This document shows, piece by piece, positions 56,083 through 64,000 of a stretch of DNA of 64,000 nt (position 1 is the stretch's first letter; every line of letters starts with the position of its first letter). Below the pieces are notes generated by a model. It saw only the letters and a program-made list of their open reading frames with translations. It searched no databases and was not told where the DNA came from. The translations under genes were made by a program, and so were the position numbers. Origin of the DNA: Octopus vulgaris (taxonomy: Eukaryota); contig OX597815.1 of NCBI GenBank assembly GCA_951406725.2, positions 82,398,001-82,462,000 on the forward strand, read 5' to 3'.

Positions 56083-56309
56083 CATATCTATAACTGTATA
56101 CGTGTGTTCGTGTATTCATATGTGTATATTTATGCACATGTATCCATGTATGTATGTATCATTCGCTATTTATTTATTTATTTATGTACATCTATATATG
56201 TGAATGTTTTCATGTTCAGGTGTGATAAAAATAATTTTACATTAATCTGTTCCGTTACTCTATACTTTTGTAGAGTACAAATTATCATTTTCTACCAAGA
56301 ATAATATAG

Positions 56310-57498
56310 ACAGTGACTTCGAAGCGTTGACCAGCTAGGTCATTGTCGGACTGCATTGCATTGAAGTTAATCTTGGCTTTATATAGTCTTTGCTAAATTA
56401 GAATCTTCTTTGGTTTGTGGGTCCGAGAGGAGTGGCAATTAGGTTTTAGGGTGGCTGGCGGAAGAAGGTTGTTGTGGAGATAACTTTATGAATTGAATTT
56501 GGATTTATGATATTGTTTAGAATGTATTAATGTATGTAGAACATATTAAGCAGGTAGGTATGTTTGGGTGTGTTCCCTTCAGATATTGTCTTTTTGTGGT
56601 TCACAAAAAGGATGTAGGCATGTCTAAGATGTGTCAATAGTTTTAGTTATATATATAAATGGAAGAGGGTCATATAGCTGGAGGCCTAAAATAATTTATT
56701 AAAAAATGCCTACATTTGAAACAGAATTGAAGAAATATTTATAAACAACTAGCCCAAAAATTATGCCTACATAAAATACAAAGGTTAGAATTTCTATATA
56801 TTAATAATATTGCTTATAGAACAACGAATCCCCAGAGAAAAACATACAGACCAACAATCATCTTGTGAACATCAAAGCACAAGGGAAATAAATTTCTATA
56901 CTAAACATACTACGGTATACAAGACTAATAACCCTACCTTCTAAATACAAACAGGAAATGCCCTAAATAACAACAACAACAGCAAGTAAAGAAACTGTCC
57001 AGCTAAAACATACCACTTTCCTATAATATTTTGTGAAAACTAAGGGTTCACAAGATAGCTGGTACATCCAAATACTAAGTTTTTAAATACTGGACTAAAC
57101 TTTGAAACTTTGACCTTTACATTATCAAAACAAAGGAGTAAATCTTATAAAACTAAAACTACTAACGTATCCTAGACCTACTTACATCCTTTTACTGGAA
57201 CCACTAAAAAACAATCCCACGACCTGAAGGGAACACACCTGAATATACACATTTACTTAGAAAGTTCTACATAATGATTAAATTCTAAACAATAACATAA
57301 CTACAAATTTAATCAATGAAAAAATTCTCCAAAACACCTCTCAACCAAAATTAACCCTACAACCCAATTGCTACTCCACTCACATCCACGTTCCCAAAGA
57401 AGATTCTTAACTCAACAAAGGCTGTATAAAACCAAAATTAACTTCAATGCATCACAGTCCGACGACAACTGGGCTGACCGAAAATTCGAAGTCATTGT
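56310..57498. mobile_element. Old Penelope-like relic with about 330 bp diverged inverted terminal arms (family E)
   Basis: 56310-56635 is the diverged reverse complement of 57165-57498 (e.g. gtgtgttcccttcag / ctgaagggaacacac, tgcattgaagttaat / attaacttcaatgca); HHR remnants at both outer ends. Confidence 0.6.
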
Positions 57499-57515
57499 CA
57501 ATAATATTCTTGTTT

Positions 57516-57563
<48 letters not shown>

Positions 57564-57639
57564 AACACATTTGTATGTGCAGCACGTATGTACAGATGTA
57601 TACACACGCATACATATATAATAATGCATGCGTACATAC

Positions 57640-57683
<44 letters not shown>

Positions 57684-57696
57684 ATATATATATATA

Positions 57697-57730
<34 letters not shown>

Positions 57731-58404
57731 CTATATATATATATGTGTATGTATGTATGTATGTATGTATATGTATATATATAAATATATATATGTGTGT
57801 GTGTGTATGTGTGTATATATATAGGCGTGTGTATATGTGTGACTTTGCATATGTGCGTATAAACAAACCATTTCAGCGTATTTAATACACAGCTCCGGGT
57901 TAAATAGTATTTCTTTTGATTTCTTTAATATTTCCTGAAGCCTCTGTTATTATCCATTAAAATCAAGAATGCACTATAGAAATCAACAGCAGTACTTGAC
58001 TAATGTTTTACGAAGCTTGTTAGGTTGAAAGGCAAGGATAACCTCAGTGCGATTTGAACGTAGAATATAAAGAACCATAACATAACACCGGAAGCACTTC
58101 TATCCCATTTACTGAGGATTCTGGTAACTGATGAATGCATAAGGAATATTTTCAGCTCTGTATAGGAAGTCACACTGTCTCTATTGTCAGAAGATTTCGT
58201 CTGTATAGGTACATATACGTGTTTAAAATGCGTGTAGTTTAAAAATCATAATTAACATGATCGAGGGAAAAGAGCATATGCTTAGGAGAAGGTGTAGGTG
58301 CGTGTTCAAGATGTTTTCTTCTCAATCAAAGGGTCATGGCTTTAGTTCCACTGCGTGTCAACTCGGGAAAGTCTCCGCTACTATAACCCTGTCCGAGAAA
58401 TACC

Positions 58405-58614
58405 TATTACTTTACTACCCACAAGGGGATAAACACAGAGGGGACAAGCAAGGAAAGACAAGCAGATTAAGTCGATTACATCGACCCCAGTGCGTAACTG
58501 GTACTTAATTTATCGACCCCGAAAGGATGAAAGGCAAAGTCGACCACGGCGGAATTTGAACTCAGAATGTAACGGCAGACGAGATACGGCTACGCATTTC
58601 GCCCGGCGTGCTGG
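58405..58614 (-). mobile_element. SINE family 1 variant inserted into a family 2 SINE
   Basis: Same tail as 14666-14891; TSD ccga(g/a)aaatacc at 58393-58404 and 58615-58626. Confidence 0.85.
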
Positions 58615-58666
58615 CCGAAAAATACCATTTGAGTGATATACAAGACTGAAACTGGTTCCATACATA

Positions 58667-58776
<110 letters not shown>

Positions 58777-59310
58777 CACACACATATATGTATGTATGCA
58801 TATATATGTACATACATTTTGAATTATCAGAAGCTCTAATAAATTAAACATTACTCAATGTATGTGTTTTGTTTATGCGCTTATTAGCTACGGGATTGCT
58901 TGTTAAAGTGTTAAGAAACTTGGCATCTTAAAGGGATTTCCCCTGACGCAATCCCACAGGTAATAAGCGCGTGAACAAAACACATACATTAAGTATGTGT
59001 TATTTGTAATGTTTAATTTATTAGACCTGCTTATAATTCAAAATATATATATATATATATATATAGCAAGTTATAGAATCTCAAGTAGAGATAGAGTAGT
59101 AACGTATACTAAACAGTAAAGTGAGTAGCTACATCAAAGTGGCAGATGAATGTTACTACTAGTCTAACCCCAGGCGGATTCTCCGCCACCTGGTTTTCGT
59201 GTGTGGTATCATACATATATAATTATATATATATAACATACATATATGTGTATGTGAGTGTGTATGTATGTAAGTGTGCGTATGCATGTCTGTATATATA
59301 TATATATGCA

Positions 59311-59536
<226 letters not shown>

Positions 59537-60385
59537 AGTGTAAACGTCTGTGTAGTTGACTCCCACCGCTTGTAATATATGTTGTTTACACCATCGACAC
59601 TCAGTCTTTCGGCAAAAGCCTCGATAGAATAAACATCAGATTAAAACTAATTACTAGTAGCGATTTATCCGACTTCTTCAAGGCTGTATACCGTGATGGC
59701 CGCAGCCCAATGACTGATGCAATTAAAAGAATACAAAAATACATAAGGTGTGGTCTTAAATGTATATTTCAGTGAGTTGAAATCTTTACTCGTCGAAAAT
59801 ATCCATACATTCCATAGAGAAAGTGTCCAACTATCAATAATTAAATCTAAAAACAGCCAGCAAGGTAGTAACGCTAATAATTTGTTTTTTTTTTGAAAAT
59901 ATTGATAATGCCGCATGGGATGGAATCTGGATTTTATCTTCAAACGGCATGGAAAATGAATATCAATTTAATTGTAGCTTGGCTAACGTTTGCACAAATC
60001 AGTAAATCTTTCATTTACAGATTTCTATAATAGGATGAGCATTTTTTCTTTGCTCAGAAAGACCGGGCTACCTTTAACTGAGGAGACCTAACCAGGTTGA
60101 AACACCCTATCTCTCGAGCCACCGTCATTCTGAGTGAAGCCTTATGTTTTATCAGTACAAAATTCTTTATGAACGATTTCTCTAGAACAACATGTCATAG
60201 TTAATGCCCTTCTACGTTTGTATTCTCTTTATAAATGTTGTACAGATTTTATTATGATCTCATGTTGTTTCAAGCGCGATTTATTAACTTAAAGGCGTTT
60301 TAAAACTCACTACCGTTAATGACCAGTGGGAAGTTAGTCAGGAATATGAAATTTCAGCTGTGCTAATTTAATAAGTGAACAGTGA

Positions 60386-60461
<76 letters not shown>

Positions 60462-61059
60462 CATACATACATACAAGCATATATATATATGCATATATTT
60501 ATTTACACGCACACACATACATATATATGTATACTTATATACATATAGACATGCAAATACAAACATATGCACTCACTCTCTCTTTCTCTCATTTCCTTTC
60601 TCTCTCTCTCTCTCACGCACATATTTATATATGTATTTGTAATAAACTGGAAGAAAGACAAGTAACTCTGACTTTTGCTGAGGTTTCAAGATCGATGATG
60701 AGATCGATGCAGTTAATATTTCCTTTCTACTGCTGCAGATCAACATCTGTAGGAAAAGTAAAAGAAAAAAAAGCGGGTTGAAAGAAAATTCTAGGGGGAC
60801 GATGTTCGGGGTAGAAAGGAATAGGAGTAGTTATGAAAGCCAGAACTGAGCGGTGGGCTAGAATAACGCTTGTGTTTGCTTTTATAATGTTTTATTTTTT
60901 TTATCTTTAATGCGTATGTATGTGCAACATTGTTTTCATATAGATATATAACACTGCTTTTTGCACTTCACTTGTTTAAAAAAGTACAGTTGAAATTTCA
61001 TATACCACACACTCACACACACACAAACACACACACAGACATGCAGACACACATTATTT

Positions 61060-61280
61060 ATATTTTTTATTCGTTTAGTTGTTTCAGTCATTTGACTGCG
61101 GCCATGCTGGAACATCACCTTGAAGCGTTTTCAGCCGAACAAATCAACCCCAGGACTTATTTCTTAAGTCTAGCACTTTTCGATTGTCCTTTTTGCCGAA
61201 CAACTAAGTTACAGGGACGTGAAATCACCACCAACGGTCGCCAAGTGGTGAAGTGGTGATGGGGAGGATAAGCACAGACT
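61060..61280 (-). mobile_element. SINE family 2 3' half
   Basis: gtttcagtcatttgactgcggccatgctggaaca..taagttacagggacgt. Confidence 0.8.
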
Positions 61281-61811
61281 CACACACAGACACACATTTA
61301 TATATATATATACATATACATACATACATACATACATGCATATATATATATATATATATATATATAGCAATTAAGGACAACTACTTAATAAGGAAAACTT
61401 AACAAGAAATTGTCAGGTAGATAGCGTAAGAACCTCATAAGAGAAAAAATTTCGAAAATAATTATTTCTTATTGAACATATTAATTTATATATAGAGGGC
61501 ATTATATACTTGCCAGAAGGCATTATACATACATGCCAAACGCTAAGAGGGACAATTAGTCATTTCTACCAAAAATATTACTAATCCCACCGAATGCAAT
61601 TTCTTGTTAAGTTTTCCTTATTAAGTAGTTGTCCTTAATTGCTAAATTTTTATTCCGAAAAAACTTTTCCTCTCCCGAAATGCAATTCGTTAAAGTTTGC
61701 CATTTGACAGGATGTAATATATGTAAACTCACCCATGTGCTTCGTTGAATGTTGAACAGTTAGCTGATCGACTTAAGCGGGGCAGGGTCGTTGTTTATTT
61801 ATAATGCATTC

Positions 61812-61859
61812 AGGCCTGCTGATGAGTACGTAAGTATGAAATCACTGTGATACAGGTCT
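61812..61859 (+). ncRNA. Type I hammerhead ribozyme, copy 1
   Basis: AGGCCTG-CTGATGA-GTAC gtaa GTAT-GAAA-TCAC t GTGA-TA-CAGGTCT: all core nucleotides present and three helices pair. Confidence 0.85.
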
Positions 61860-62291
61860 ATATATTTTTAAATGTCTTACTTTGAAGAATTGCATTCGGT
61901 GGGATTAGTAATATTTTTGGTAGAAATGACTAATTGTCCCTCTTAGCGTTTGGCATGTATGTATAATGCCTTCTGGCAAGTATATAATGCCCTCTATATA
62001 TAAATTAATATGTTCAATAAGAAATAATTATTTTCGAAATTTTTTCTCTTATGAGGTTCTTACGCTATCTACCTGACAATTTCTTGTTAAGTTTTCCTTA
62101 TTAAGTAGTTGTCCTTAATTGCTAAATTTTTATTCCGAAAAAACTTTTCCTCTCCCGAAATGCAATTCGTTAAAGTTTGCCATTTGACAGGATGTAATAT
62201 ATGTAAACTCACCCATGTGCTTCGTTGAATGTTGAACAGTTAGCTGATCGACTTAAGCGGGGCAGGGTCGTTGTTTATTTATAATGCATTC

Positions 62292-62339
62292 AGGCCTGCT
62301 GATGAGTACGTAAGTATGAAATCACTGTGATACAGGTCT
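62292..62339 (+). ncRNA. Type I hammerhead ribozyme, copy 2
   Basis: Identical to copy 1. Confidence 0.85.
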
Positions 62340-62769
62340 ATATATTTTTAAATGTCTTACTTTGAAGAATTGCATTCGGTGGGATTAGTAATATTTTTGG
62401 TAGAAATGACTAATTGTCCCTCTTAGCGTTTGGCATGTATGTATAATGCCTTCTGGCAAGTATATAATGCCCTCTCTATATAAATTAATATATATATATA
62501 TATATATATATTTTATATTTTTTCTCTTATGAGGTTCTTACGCTATCTACCTGACAATTTCTTGTTAAGTTTTCCTTATTAAGTAGTTGTCCTTAATTGC
62601 TAAATTTTTATTCCGAAAAAACTTTTCCTCTCCCGAAATGCAATTCGTTAAAGTTTGCCATTTGACAGGATGTAATATATGTAAACTCACCCATGTGCTT
62701 CGTTGAATGTTGAACAGTTAGCTGATCGACTTAAGCGGGGCAGGGTCGTTGTTTATTTATAATGCATTC

Positions 62770-62817
62770 AGGCCTGCTGATGAGTACGTAAGTATGAAAT
62801 CACTGTGATACAGGTCT
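62770..62817 (+). ncRNA. Type I hammerhead ribozyme, copy 3
   Basis: Identical to copy 1. Confidence 0.85.
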
Positions 62818-62961
62818 ATATATTTTTAAATGTCTTACTTTGAAGAATTGCATTCGGTGGGATTAGTAATATTTTTGGTAGAAATGACTAATTGTCCCTC
62901 TTAGCGTTTGGCATGTATGTATAATGCCTTCTGGCAAGTATATAATGCCCTCTATATATAA

Positions 62962-63007
<46 letters not shown>

Positions 63008-63014
63008 TGTATAT

Positions 63015-63357
63015 ACTAGCACTATGACCCGGCAACGCTGGGTCATAGTGCTAGTGCATGAATATACAGCTGCGTGCGTACGCACATACACGCGCGTCCT
63101 GTCCAAATCTCCGACCAATCACGTACAGCCAGCTGGCATTCAATTAACGTATCAAGTTTCAGGTATTTTGATTGGGTTTTGGATAGAAAATTCACAAAAA
63201 AGTCACTTCTATTGATTTTTTTAATGGCTTTGCGAGGTGAATGGGGAAATGTAAAGATGTGCACGACCACCCTTGGACGGTTTTGAATGCGAGCCCTCTA
63301 ACTGAAAAATTCTGGATTTGTATTAAGGATACACACACAGACAGACATTTTACCGTT

Positions 63358-63362
<5 letters not shown>
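63015..63362 (+). mobile_element. DINE-1/HINE-like non-autonomous element
   Basis: Perfect 16 bp hairpin ACTAGCACTATGACCC..GGGTCATAGTGCTAGT at the 5' end; 3' end acacacagacagacattttaccgtttatatatat; embedded in (TA)n. Confidence 0.6.
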
Positions 63363-63390
<28 letters not shown>

Positions 63391-64000
63391 GTATGTATAC
63401 ACATATGCGTATGTGGGCACAGGACGTCACGGAACGTAGACAACATTAATAACGACAGACCCTTCATCAGTTGTGGGCTGTTTTTCTAATCCGTATTTTG
63501 AGCAATTCAACGACAAGATATGCCTTCGATAAAACAGTTGCTCCCGTAAAACAAATTAAATAAAATTTGGGACTTTGCGGAGGGTCAAAATTGGTAACAA
63601 AAATAGGACAGTGAAAACAAACAGGAAGGGCTGCTAAGCCTAAACGAGGTCAGGTGGCGAACACGGAGAAAAAAGCGTGGACAGGAGACAGACAAGAACG
63701 CGTCTGACTCCTCCAGCTGCAATGGAAAGAAAGAAACACAAGTTAGAAAAAGAAAGATGGTCACGTGGAAGCCATGAGTGAAAAGGAGGAAGAATGAGGG
63801 AGGGAGAATGGCAGACAGAGAACTGTGAAAGGGAGAGGAAAAGATTTGGTGAAAGTATAAGAGTGAAAAATGAGAGGGGAAAAAGGAGAAGTAAAAGAAT
63901 AGGAGAAAGGAAGATATATATTAATATATATATCTACAAATGTTACTTGCCGAGGCTGGAGGTAAGGACAGAGCCCATGACTTTCGTAATTTCACCGATA

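Larger units (their letters stand above)
61365..62964 (+). mobile_element. Hammerhead-bearing tandem array (3 x ~480 bp) with inverted 5' arm; candidate retrozyme or Penelope pLTR array (family F)
   Basis: Units start at 61597, 62077 and 62555 (periods 480, 478), nearly identical; 61365-61601 is the reverse complement of about 61888-62124; (TA)n on both flanks. Confidence 0.85.

Noticed and set aside
60078-60103. CTGAGGA-gacct aacc aggtt-GAAAC hammerhead-like core
   Set aside because: Stem II pairs, but no stem I or stem III partner or cleavage triplet could be found; at best a decayed relic.
61597-62964. CRISPR-like array or simple satellite interpretation
   Set aside because: Units are 480 bp and identical along their length, with no unique spacers and no cas genes; the context is eukaryotic.
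63460-63482. Minus-strand caaCTGATGAaggg in a probable pLTR-like element (63410-64000)
   Set aside because: No downstream GAAA or stem II visible, so not counted as an HHR.

Overview
AT-rich, microsatellite-saturated eukaryotic DNA with no recognisable intact host protein-coding gene; nearly all ORFs in the track are translated simple repeats. The repeat content (tRNA-derived SINE families, RTE and Dong/R4 LINE relics, (TA)n/(TAA)n tracts) suggests an octopus/cephalopod intergenic or intronic region (inference). Supported elements: a near full-length mariner (47129-48418), a decayed Tc1/maT-type transposon, several Dong/R4 and RTE fragments, dozens of SINEs, DINE-1/HINE-like elements and an 18S rRNA 3'-end pseudogene. 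The most notable signal is a set of at least six sequence-unrelated, mostly (TA)n-embedded non-coding elements carrying type I or minimal hammerhead ribozyme (HHR) motifs, often in inverted or tandem arrangements typical of Penelope-like pseudo-LTRs and retrozymes. The best case is a near-identical 3 x ~480 bp tandem array (61597-62964) with one canonical HHR per unit plus an inverted 237 bp arm, a candidate retrozyme/circRNA-producing locus. All calls were made by eye without database searches; boundaries of decayed elements are approximate.
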